This document shows positions 12,701 to 25,056 of a stretch of DNA of 64,000 bases, in pieces (positions within the stretch are counted from its first letter, which is position 1; each line of letters opens with the position of its first letter). The notes beneath the pieces were generated by a model. That model was given only the letters and a program-made list of their open reading frames with translations, did not search any database and was not told where the DNA came from. The translations under genes and the position numbers were made by a program. The stretch is from Trichosphaerium sp. ATCC 40318 (Eukaryota; Protista; Tubulinea): assembly GCA_038496445.1 (NCBI GenBank), contig JALMLS010000353.1, positions 248,001-312,000 of the forward strand. Direction: 5' to 3'.

Positions 12701-13889
12701 TTCAACAGTTGGAAAACAAAACAACTTTTTTTTGCATTTTAAAAACACGACATCACGGCGTTCTTTGGTTTTTATGACTTTTTGTTATCTATCAACTCAA
12801 ACATCAATAATTGATTGTCATATTTAGGGATTAAAAATTCCTGGTCAGTTGTTGCTATGGATAGCAGAAAGAAATATATCTTTGCTGCTGAAAAAAGTGA
12901 AGAAAAAACTATTTGGTTCGGTTTATTCTCAGGAAAGGTCGATGAATTTCTGGGTACTAGTGTACCTAGCCTGAACTTTTCTTCTGGTGCTATAAGAACA
13001 GCTCCAGGACCAGTAACAGTTCCAAGGGTACGCACTCAACGTTACCGGATTGTTCTGCTTCAGTCGAATTAAAATTCAAACTTTGCTAATGTACCTTCCT
13101 AGACAATGACTATAGCTCATGCGTCACCATCTCCACCACTTACTCATAGTCATTCAGCACGGAGAATGTCTTCTGCTGGAGTTCAAAGTTCAGGTAGAGT
13201 AGTATCACCAAGAACAACTCAAATGACTAGAAAAATGAAGAAAAAATTTAAAGGAGATGTACGTTTTTCTCAACTTGTAGAGAGCCATTTTCCTTTGAGT
13301 ACCCATACGTTTATCTTTATATCCTAATGTCACGTGATATTATTGTGTTAACATTTTATCATAGAAACCAGATTCGCAGGTTGACGTTTTTGTTTCAATG
13401 AAAGGGTTTGAAATGCCTCCTTGGGATTTGAGCACACCACCTGATTGTAAAGCGTACGTTGTTGTTTGTGTTTTTGTTTGGTAAATGATTTTTGTATTTG
13501 ACTCTTTGTATAGATGTAGAAAGGACTTTACGCAACAAATAATACGCCAACATTGTCGTAAATGTGGTCAAGTACGTACTCTTAAAGTTGTTGATGCTTC
13601 ACAACACGAATTCGTTTTATCACGTTTTTATCACGTTTTACGTGATATAACGAACTATTTCTTATGAATGCATTGCGTTGTATGCGTCGCTCATCACTCG
13701 ATTTTTTTTCACTTTAGGATCAATGAAAAAAATTCAACAAAGAATTTTTTGCCTTCGTGATTACGCGTAACTTATTATTTTTTCTCGTAGATTTTTTGCG
13801 TCGATTGCAGTAGCAAGCGCGCCCTTGTTCCACAATACGGATTCTCAAAGAATAAAGTGAGAGTTTGTAATACTTGCTTCTTTTCGTAG
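9774..13889 (+). CDS. RhoGEF: low-complexity Pro/Ser/Lys N-terminus, DH, two PH domains, C-terminal FYVE-type zinc finger (FGD/frabin-like)
   Basis: IKEVIDTEKQFLEDC, RVFGNIEEIV, LSYIIKPVQRVCKYPLFIKTLLQYTP (DH); RHYIQEADF..RHLFMFTDMILYAK and RRFLKDGEL..RRHIFLFDDICLIC (two PH); CKACRKDF..RQHCRKCGQIFCVDCSSKR..VRVCNTCF (FYVE). Confidence 0.9.
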
Positions 13890-14285
13890 CTAGCAATGAT
13901 TCCAAAAAACACAAAATGTGGTTGTTCTCTATCTCTTAGAACACCCTTTAAATAGGGATTGCTAATGTGTGGACACGTGACCATGAAAAAATCCAGCAAG
14001 TATGTAAAATAGATTAAAAACGGAAATAAAAAAAATATGAAATAACGTTTCTGGGGTTTTTTGATTCTGTGACGTCATGAGATGTTCCCTAGCGTGACTC
14101 AAAAATCACGCTCACGAACGTGACCTATTAGCGTGAAAAATTGTGGGTGCGTGTTTTTCTGCTCGCGCACGTGTTATCTCTACGAACCAATTATTATTGC
14201 GTGGCGTAGTGCACAAACAATTGGGATTTCACCCAAAAAAACGATCTTTGTATACAATCACATTAATCTCATTTAATATCTTAGT

Positions 14286-16029
14286 ATGCAGCTTGTCCTA
14301 CTATTACTATTGTGCCTTGTATGCGGTTGCTATTGTGGTGGCTACCGACCATATGCTACGCGTATTCGTTGCGAGAGAAACCCAAGTCTGTTACAGAGAT
14401 ATTTGGAAAGATGGCAACACGATGATAGCATATTCTTGGTCTCTGGTACCTGCATAATAACAGACTCGTTAACTATTAAACATAACAATGTCAATATAAC
14501 CGATTACAATAACGACGGGTTTATAGTGAGACCCTTGTTTCCAGGTACCTCCAACACAAACCTCTGCGCTACTAGCGGTGAACAGGATGTCAACCGTTTA
14601 TTTTTAGGCTTTGACGTATTTAACGTCCTGGCCGCCAAGCGATTCTCATTAACTGGTGCTTATATTGATGGCAATCTTGGGTTGACCGGGATAAGGGTTA
14701 CACAAAATGGAGATGCCAAGATTTACAATACAGATGTTGTAAACACAACTTTTGGAATATTCGTTGGCGGTTCAAGTAATCTAGCGCTTCACGACGTTAA
14801 TATCACGAGTGCTGGGGTTTTTGGGTTTAATATGGAAGGTTCTTCTTCTGCAGAGGTAACAGGTAAGAAATCACGTGATTACACGAGGTCTCGGGTTTTT
14901 TTGGGATTATCTCGTAAAAACGAAAAAACTTTGTTTGGTTTTTTTGGTAACGTGCTTAGGTTTACTTAGTGTCACTGGAACTCGAGTTTTCGCTGTGAAT
15001 GTAGCAGGGAGTTCTTCATTTACTTTAAGAGAAAGTACGTCGAGAACATTAAGAGGACAATCGTTTTTGCGGTTGTTACATATTTTCTTGCCTTGGAAAT
15101 TGATGGACTTTTTTAGATGCGAGGGCACACCTAAGAAATAATAACTTTGGCTTACAAGTGAGTTCCAGTTCTACTATGCAATTAGAGAACGAAGCTTTAT
15201 TGGATACAAGTAATAACGCTCAACTTGGATTTTCAATAAATACTGGAGCAAGTCTAATCGTCTTTCAATCGACTATAATCAGCAGTGGGTAAGTTTTCAG
15301 TATTAATATTAGTGTTGCTTCTACAAAGGTGCTAGTACTAAAAGAGCAGCGGCGTGGCGTTATAACACAATCGCATTTTTTGTCTAAGTCATTTCAACCT
15401 TCTTTTGTTACAAACAAGTTTGTAATCTATGTACTTTAGGAATGGTCTTGATGGTGCTTCTGTTAGTCTTGGCGGTACAGCATTTGTAGACAATAACGCA
15501 CAGATATTTTTTAATAACAATAACAGAACTGGCTTAAGAATTGAGGTGAGTCTAGTGTTTGTAGTTATTACTTAACATCATTGTTCTTACATTCTTTGTA
15601 GCAAGGTATTGTCCGTGCAAACAACGCTTTCTTCCCAGTAGGACCTCTATTAGAAGCCAAGAATAACTCGAGATTCGGTGTAGAAGTATCCAGACGCAGC
15701 TACCTTGGTACGAATAGAACAGAACAATAAACTCTCTGACTGCTTGATGTTAAAGATTGGGTAACCATAGCATCTAACAGAGGTGTTAATGCTGCGGATA
15801 ACGATGAAGGTAATGTGGTGCTAGATTTATCTTCAATTGGAACATTTGAAAGCTCTTCACTCGATGATATAACGATCGGTTTTATGTCTTTTGCTGAATT
15901 TGAGCAAGACAACAATGGTAAGTTGAATTTTTACTTTTTTCCAAGTTATCCATTGTCTAACATTACTAAGTTGTTGAAATTACTTGTAATGAAGGAGGTG
16001 TAGCTCGTGGAGAATTAGATTGTCCTTAA
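14286..16029 (+). CDS. secreted protein with right-handed beta-helix (pectin-lyase-like) repeats, multi-exon
   Basis: Signal peptide MQLVLLLLLCLVCGCYC; repeated GIRVTQNGDA / GIFVGGSSNL / GFNMEGSSSA / GLQVSSSST / NNAQLGFSINTGAS / NNNNRTGLRIE / NNSRFGVEV motifs typical of beta-helix rungs. Confidence 0.65.
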
Positions 16030-16483
16030 ATAAGCTTACGTTTCCGTCGCATTAGTAACATACAACGCAAGTAATAAACAGCCCAAACACTTTATCACGT
16101 GACACGCATAATTTATTGTTCAACCATTCTCTGAACGCCTTCTTGAGTAAAAACGGAAAAAAAAGCAATTAAATAGTCTTTGAGGTATCATAGCTCCTCA
16201 AGTTTGTTACACGTGCGTTTTGATGCGCCAAAAGGTTTTTGCATCTCTCGTGTTGCTTCTGAAATGCTTATTAACCAAAACAAGTTATACTACGAATAGA
16301 GAATGTTACGAAGAATACACGGCTGTTCATGTTTGTTAACACGCCAATTGATGGACCAAGCATGGCACATTGCAACACAAAGAGCCTGGACTCAAGAATA
16401 CTACTAGTTAACTCTGTTGTAGTTGCATAAGTTGACTTAAGCATCCGGCAAATTTAAAAGCCCATTTTAACTTTCCCTTTTGA

Positions 16484-18455
16484 ATGCGTAAAGCATCTTG
16501 TCTGGTTTGCCGTAAACGGCATGTAAAATGCAACAGTGAAAGCCCTTGTGGTATTGTAGACGCTTGTTAGCTTTGTAGACTAACTCTACTAGCCAGGTGT
16601 GTCAAATTAAATATTACATGCGTATACGCCGAGCCACAACGTAGAGGAAGGCGTAAGGGTAAGAATTTTAATAAAACATAAAACCAGCGGAGTTTTACTA
16701 AATCAAGTTGAAACGTTACTATTACGTGAAAACACGTTTTCGCCATGGCGTAGCAACGGTATTTCGCAGAAATCATGAGTTTACCGCCCTTTTACACTAC
16801 ATTCTTTCAGAAAACAGCTCACTTTATAGTCAAACGTGGCTCTAATCAATTTATCGATAACCCTGTGAAAACCGAATAATTTTTGTTTTTCTAGGTTCAA
16901 CACTGTCAGTTCTAGAGAAGAAGATTGGTTTCTTGGAGCAATGTATCAAAGATGAAAAACGTCGACAGAGTAACTACAAGACACAGTTAGATCAATACAA
17001 ATCATCTTCATCGAGGCCTAAACGAAGAGCAGATTGTCTAGAGAGTAACGCACGTGTTCATATTTCTTTTAGTTTCACAAAAGCAAAAAAAGTAACTTTG
17101 AGTTTAGTCCGTTTTAGCGACAGCTGACGCGTATCTGGGACGTGCTTGTGAAGTTATTACAAGTATAAATAGTTTTAAAAGCTTCATTGGAGCTGAGCTA
17201 CCTTTATTACATCTACCTATTAAGCTTGAAGAGTTCCACAAGAACGAGAGTGAGTACTTGTTTTTTTGCTTTTTTTTTCGATGTGTTTTTTCTCATTTTT
17301 GTAAGGTACGCCATCTACTTTTCTTGTTTATACAATGCTTGCTTTGCAACAACAGTATTTTGGCAATATAGAAAGAGCAAAAGATCTTGCAAATCATGCT
17401 CAGTTAATGCAGAAAGCAATAAACAAACCATCGTTAATGACAGCAGGTAAAACATTTTATTCCGAAATGTCTATTCGTCTCACGCCTTTACGTAGCTGGT
17501 CTTATTATTCTAGCAGCTTATTTAATTGGCGGATGTGAATCTCTGCATAGTTTGGAGTTAGTAGAATTGGCTGATGACATGTTAAAGCTTAAGAGCGCAG
17601 CGGATAAATGTAAATATGGTACAACCAAAATATTTGTATGTGTACCTTAATTTCTCACTTTGTTGTCTTGTTAGGTCATACGCGCACAGGTGCTTTGTCA
17701 GACGGTATAAATATTCTACGACTACGCCTTGTTTTACATAAAGATGCAACACCCGAACAGTTTATTTTAAACCGTCTTTGGGCCAGGCAACAGCTTCTTT
17801 CTCGCTTAGCTGGTTTGCAAAGAGATATTGATTTTGGTGTTAATTTAGTTGTACTTAAAAAGGTTTATGAGGCTTTACTGGATATAGAAGTACGTAGTTC
17901 AGTGTTTCAAGCTGGTTTCTTAGATTTAAGTAGAGTTCAATGTGGTTACAAACAAAAGATGAATCTCATCGGAATAAATGTTTGGAGTATATTAAAGAGC
18001 TTGAATGTCTTGCAGATGGCATGCCAGAATCACCTGTTTCTCAGTTCACAGCTTATTCGATATGTGCACGTGTATTGGGACAGATGAACTTCAGGGGAGA
18101 GGCGATTAACGTGGCTGAAAAGGGAAAGAATATTACTCCTTTTTTGTTAAATGCCAAAGGAGTCTTTCCTTTTATTGGATTTTGTGCTACTGATACATGG
18201 TCTATATTATATCATAGTGGACGAAAGCATAGTGCTAAAGTATTATCATCTTTTATAGAACCTTTATTTGTTCCTTACCCTTTTGTTGCTCGAGTGTTTC
18301 TTGTGCGTTATTGTTTTCTTAATTTTTTTGGTCTCTTACTTTTTCTTTAGCTTGCTAAGAAGCATGGAGGCACACAATCTATTAATTTTGAAGCGGATCT
18401 TCTTTCTTCTATGACTCCTTTATTGGAGTGTCCTGGCGAAGTTGCAAAGGGTTAA
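16484..18455 (+). CDS. Zn(II)2Cys6 (GAL4-type) binuclear-cluster transcription factor
   Basis: Splicing intron ~16550-16592 gives MRKASCLVCRKRHVKCNSESPCARCVKLNITCVYAEPQRRGRRK = C-x2-C-x6-C-x5-C-x2-C-x6-C, followed by a coiled-coil exon (LEKKIGFLEQCIKDEKRRQSNYKTQLDQYK) and helical exons to TAA at 18453-18455. The cluster is missed by the ORF track. Confidence 0.85.
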
Positions 18456-18703
18456 AGCTGAATGTAACAACGGTATTTATATATTCTGTTAAAATGTAAA
18501 ACTGTAAAAACCTTTCTTTTATTTTCCAAGTGTTCTTGTATTAATATAACAAATGCTTGGCGCTAGAGCCACAAGCCATTTTTTCTTCCTCCCAACAACT
18601 TAGTTTTCCTTCGTTAGTTGATAGAACTAAGAGTGAAAGAACTCTAACTGTAAAATACTTTATTTTTATCCTTTACAGTAGTTGCTTGTTATTTTTTTAT
18701 TGG

Positions 18704-21332
18704 TCACAACAAGCCAAGAAGTGATACAAAACAAAGTAGAGTAAAAACCAAAGTAGGCCACATTGCAGATGCTGAAGAACCAGGAGCAGGTGTCTATTGA
18801 AACCAATAAGAAAAATAAAAGAAACAAAAGGGTAAAAATGAAAGAAGATTGTGTCAAACGTACTACAAAGTCATTACATTTTGCGGCAGTCTGCAATTGT
18901 GCAATAGTAGAAGACCATATCTACAACAAAAATTAGACTTTAAAGAGATACTTGTCTTGCATTGTAATAACTCACGTTTTTTTGTCCTGGTACTGAAGCT
19001 GTAGGACATATTTCAGGAAATGTTATTCCTCCTTTACCACCATTAAGACTACAATCTAATGACATCTAGATACAAACCAGACGTAAGAATGTTACAACTT
19101 AGAAAAAACAAATAAAAAGGTACATACGTCTGGTCTTCCTCCTGGTAATCCAGCAATTGCCAATGGGACAGACAATTTTGATAAATTTGATTCATCCAGT
19201 CCGGCCAGAGTTCCACCAGAAACGATATTTATGTTAAGATCACCATCGTAAGTGCATATTACACAACAAGACATCTCTGCAAGTGCATTTCGGCATTCTT
19301 CAGGGAAAGTATTACCGAGAAGCAGTGGGTCGCTAAAAATAGAACCAACTAGTACATTGTTTACATGTGTAGCACAGTTGGTCTTTGAGTACTACATAGG
19401 GAAAGTCAGCGAGATTTGATTGTGTGTAGTTTATGTAAAATTTTCATTGAAACGTACAGCATCGAAAATACTATAACACTTAGCGCCTACTATTGAAGAA
19501 AGAAGACTATTACTCGAAGAAGCTTCGGCTACGTTTGATCCTGTCTCAAAGGTTTCTGATTGACATGTTCCAGACCCTTGAGTAAAATATCAATATAGTC
19601 TTTGATCTGACTTGTCGTACCACTGCTACCATCACAAAAGCATTCAAAACCAAACCCACAAGTGTCCTCAGAATTATCTAGTATGTATGTTGCATTACAG
19701 GGGTCTCCCTAAGAAAGCTTAACAAGATAGCAAAGAATTCAAACGACTTCGTCAATAATGATGACATACGTATCCGAATTGTTGTACACAAATTCTAGCT
19801 TCACACTCAGCACCATTGCCACAATCAGAATCTCGAAAACAAGTGTCATTCTATTAATAAATATTAGAAAAAGCAAAAAGCAGTCTGTGGTTGGTAAAAC
19901 ATACTACAGATAATGGAGTTTGACATGTTCCAATAGAGCCTGCGGTGGCATTGTTACTGATACATCTCAATTCTTTTTGACAATTACTGTTGTATGCTTG
20001 ATCTGTAATACAAGCCTCACCCTTTATGAAACAATGTCAGACAACTTAGTAATGAGAGAATTTAAATACCAAGTCGGATAGAGTTTTGGATAAACAGACT
20101 GAACTACCACGAATTTGGTAAGGACAATTATCTGATTGACAATCCTCATCACCTTCACATTCGTGTAACTAAACATGCTTTTGTTAGGAGAATGTACACC
20201 TGAGGAAAAGTGCGTACATTTGCCCTCTTGGTTTCGCATTTAAACGTTTTATCATTCCAAAATTCTGTGTTGAAATCACACGATAGCTCAGGATCACCAC
20301 AAACAAACTTCGGTACAGTGTCAGTAACGAAACATTCTTGTGTTCCACAAGATAATTGAGAGCAATCCTACGGGCGATATAAGTATTGTACGAAAAGAGG
20401 TAGTTATGTGGTACCATGCCAGCACATTGGGAAGCAGTACAATTGTTTGATTGACACTCTTCGTTATCAGTACAGTCTTCTCCAATTTGTAAGTTAAAAC
20501 GAGCGCATTTCCCTCCAATACAGTTTCCATTAAAACACTCAATGTCACTGGTGCATGTGTCACCAATACACACTTTCTTGTACTCGCATTTAAGAGTATT
20601 TTGGTTACAGAAAAGAGCAACAGGATTACAATTACGAACTGTCTGTACGAAAAATGTTGGTATTAGCCTGTGACGGATATAGATGTATTTTACGTACTTC
20701 AACTGTATCTTCCATGGCTTCAGATGTACACTCATCTCCTACATTCGCTTGAAAAACAGTTTCTGCGCATATATCTGCTTGATTACAATCAAGGCCAAGC
20801 GCACAATTCTCAACTCTGTATGAAAAGCTAGCATTAACACCAAATGTGTGTTTTATTATGACGTACTCTGCGCATGATTGTCCAACAAGTATTGGTCCAA
20901 CACAAGAGCAGTCACTTGATCCTTGTGTTACACAATGACACTTGTCCTTTGAATCACAAACGTGACTAGAAGTGTGTTAGACGTACAGAAAGCGGGTATA
21001 AGGTGTTTGTTTTAGACGTACGTTTCATTACACTGAGCGCCAGTTGACACTGTAATTTTATCAATACAGCTCCCTTGAATACAAACTTGTGTCTCTACGC
21101 AGCTATCGCATTCTGGAGGTATGCATTTGCCATTGACGCATCTGTACCTCTCATTGGCACTCTTGAAAAAAGTTAGACTACTTTATTGTATCGTTCTTTG
21201 TAGCGTCACCTGTGTTTTGCAGTCGTCGTAGGATGAACACGAGAACGAAGGGTCACAAACATTTGCCAATGAGGTGTAACATAAACAAGTAATGATAACC
21301 AGATAGATGACTGATGGAGTTGTTGTACGCAT
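18704..21332 (-). CDS. Cys-rich secreted, probably GPI-anchored surface protein, array copy 1
   Basis: Signal peptide MRTTTPSVIYLVIITCLCYTSLA; many GxxCxxDxECxxxxCxxxxC modules; C-terminal domain ...EECRNALAEMSCCVICTY...GLPGGRPD; ends TPAPGSSASAMWPTLVFTLLCFVSLLGLL* (small residues then hydrophobic tail, no cytosolic tail). Confidence 0.85.
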
Positions 21333-21768
21333 TGGGTTGTTGTGTTCGTTTTGATTGGAAAAATCACGTGATCGTGTGACCCGGAAAATACCCAAAACAA
21401 AAGATCTTTTTAGGGTAATCGCCCAAAGTAGCTTTTTTTTGCTACAGCGACTGCTATGAGGTCAAACAAGTATGATGATAGAGTCTCTTATTACAGATTA
21501 ATTCATTGTTGTGACTCCGTGTACAGCATTACTGGTACGTATATGATCTAATAACATCCACCGATTATCACTTTTGGGCTTGGGTAGGTTTCGGAAAAAT
21601 AATATCCACGAATACAATGTCCACGGAAAACTTTCCAGAAACCTTGCAAAGCCTTATTGAGATTGATGTTTAACCAAGTATGCAAAGAGATAGCGAGATA
21701 AGTCAATAGGGCGAAGGTTAAAGCCATAAAATACTCCACTACAACTTTATTACAAGACAACTAGCGTC

Positions 21769-24538
21769 TTACATGCAAATTAGTGATACCAAACAAAGTA
21801 GAGTAAAAACAAAAGACATTGAAGATGCTGAAGAACTGGGCGAGCCAGAAATAGGTTCTACAGGTTGATTGGATACAGGTGTAGGTGAGGCAACTGGAGC
21901 AGGTGTCTATTAAAACCAATCAGAAAAAACCCAGAAAAGGGTGAAAAAATGAAAGAAGGTTGTGTTAAACGTACTACAAAGTCATTACATTTTGCGATAG
22001 TACGCACTTGCGCAATATTAGAAGACCATATCTACAACAAAAATTAGACTTTAAAGATACTTGTCTTACATTGTAATAACTCAAAGAGATACTTGGCTTG
22101 CATTGCAAATAACTCACGTTTTTTTGTCCTGGTACTGAAGCTGTAGGACATATTTCAGGAAATATTATTCCTCCTTTACCACCATTAAGACTACAATCTA
22201 ATGACATCTAGATACAAACCAGACGTAAGAACGTTACAACAGTGTTTAGAAAAAACAAAATAAATGGTATGTAGAAAAGCATCAAGCTTGGTACATACGT
22301 CTGGTCTTCCTCCTGGTAATCCAGCAATTGCCAATACAGCGTATAATTTTGATATATCTGATACATCCTGTCCGGCCAGAGTTCCACCGGAAACAATATT
22401 TATGTTAAGAGGACCATCGTAAGTGCATATTACACAACAAGACATCTCTGCAAGTGCATTTCGGCATTCTTCAGGGAAAGTATTACCGAGAAGCATTGGG
22501 TTGGCCAAAAAAGAACCAAAAAGCGCATTGTTTATGAGTGTAGCGCAGTTGGTCTTTGAGTACTACATAGGGAAAGTCAGCGATATTTGATTGCTTAGTT
22601 TATTTTCAGTGAAACGTACAGCATCGAAAATACTATAACACTTAACACCTACTATTGTAGAAAGGAGACCAATACTCGATGAAGCTTCGGCTACATTTGA
22701 TCCTGTCTCAAAGGTTTCTGATTGACATGTTCCAGACCCTTGAGTAAAATATCAATATAGTCTTTGATCTGACTTGTCGTACCACTGCTACCATCACAAA
22801 AGCATTCAAAACCAAACCCACAAGTGTCCTCAGAATTATCTAGTATGTATGTTGCATTACAGGGGTCTCCCTAAGAAATTTTAACAAGATAGCAAAGAAT
22901 TCAAGGAATTAATGATGGCAACAAAGAAAAATTGAACTTCGTCAAACATGATGACATACGTATCCAAATTGTTGTACACAAATTCTAGCTTCACACTCAG
23001 CACCATTGCCACAATCAGAATCTCGAAAACAAGTGTCATTCTATTAATAAATATTAGAAAAAGCAGTCTGTGGTTGGTAAAACATACTACAGATAATGGA
23101 GTTTGACACGTTCCAATAGAGCCTTCTGTGGCATTGTTGCTGATACATCTCAATTCTTTTTGACAATTACTGTTGTATGCTTGATCTGTAATACAAGCCT
23201 CACCCTTTATGAAACAATGTCAGACAACTTAGTAATGAAGTAATTATACGCACCAAGGAGGATGGAGTTTTGGATAAACAAACTGACCCACGAAATTGAA
23301 AAGGACAATTATCTGATTGACAATCCTCATCACCTTCACATTCGTGTAACTAAACATGATTTTGTTAGGAGAATGTACACATGAGGAATGTGCATACATT
23401 TGCCCTCTTGGTTTCGCATTTAAACGTTTTATCATTCCAAAATTCTGTGTTGAAATCACACGATAGCTCAGGATCACCACAAACAAACTTTGGTACAGTG
23501 TCAGTAACGAAACATTCTTGTGTTCCACAAGATAATTGAGAGCAATCCTACACGTGATACATAAGTATTATAGCAGAGGTATGTTATTGGTACCATGCCA
23601 GCACATTGGGAAGCGGTACAATTGTTTGATTGACACTCTTCGTTATCAGTACAGTCTTCTCCAATTTGTAAGTTAAAACGAGCACATTTTCCTCCAATAC
23701 AGTTTCCATTAAAACACTCAATGTCACTGGTACACGTATCACCGATACACACTTTCTTGTACTCGCATTTAAGAGTATTTTGGTTACAGAAAAGAGCAAC
23801 AGGATTACAATTACGAACTGTCTGTACGAAAAATGTTGGTATTAGCCTGTGACGGATATAGATGTATTTTACGTACTTCAACTGTATCTTCCATGGCTTC
23901 AGATGTACACTCATCTCCTACATTCGCTTGAATAACAGTTTCTGAACATATATCTGCTTGATTACAATCAAGGCCAAACGCACAATTATCAACTCTAAAG
24001 GAAAAGCTAGCATTAACAAATGTATGTTTCATTTTTATGTTCCATCAACGAAAAGCGACGTGGCGTACTCTGCGCATGATTGTCCAACAAGTATTGGTCC
24101 AACACAAGAGCAGTCACTTGATCCTTGTGTTACACAATGACACTTGTCCTTTGAATCACAAATATGACTAAAATGTGTTAGACGAGCCGGCGAAACGTTG
24201 ACAGAAAACACGTGTAAAGGCGTACGTTTCATTACACTGAGTGCCAGTTGCCACTGTAATTTTATCAACACAGCTCCCTTGAAAACAAATTTGTGTCTCT
24301 GCGCAGCTATCGCATTCTGGGGGTACGCATTTGTCATTGACACATCTGTACCTCTCATTGGCATTCTTAAAAGAAAGTTAGACTTTATTTCCCTATTTTA
24401 TCTTTGTAACGCCACCTGTGTCTTGCAGTCGTCATAAGATGAGCACGAGAACGAAGGGTCACAAATATTTGCCAATGAGGTGTAACATAAACAAGCAATG
24501 ATAGCCAGATAGACGACTGATGGAGTTGTTGTACGCAT
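21769..24538 (-). CDS. Cys-rich secreted, probably GPI-anchored surface protein, array copy 2
   Basis: Near-identical exon/intron structure to copy 1; ends TPAPVASPTPVSNQPVEPISGSPSSSASSMSFVFTLLCLVSLICM*. Confidence 0.85.
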
Positions 24539-25056
24539 TGAGTGGTTGTATTCGTTTCGGTTGTGGAGATAAATCACGTGACCCGGAAACTACCCAAAAA
24601 AAAAAACTTTTTTAAGGTACTTACCCGAAAGGCTTTCTTTGCTACAGTCGACTGCGAGAATCAAGTACAATAGAATCTCAATTACACGTCACTGTCATTT
24701 AATTAAGTCACTGTTGTGACACCTTTCAGTTTACAACAAGAACGGAAATGATCTAACAGCCACAGACAATCGAATATCAATTTTGGGCTTGAATAGGCTT
24801 ACGGAAATACAATATCCACGGGAAAACTTCCAGAAACCTTCGCAAAGCATTACTGAGATTATCTAACCATACATGCAAAGAGATAGCGAGATAAGGGTCA
24901 AAGGGTGCAGCAAGTATTAAAATATTAGGTATGATTCTTTGGAAAGCAACGATTGTCATGTTTGGTAAAAAACTAGGGAAGTACACGTGGCTATGAGAAG
25001 GTTAAATACATAGAATACTCCACTACAACTTTATTTATTACAAGACAACTAGCATC

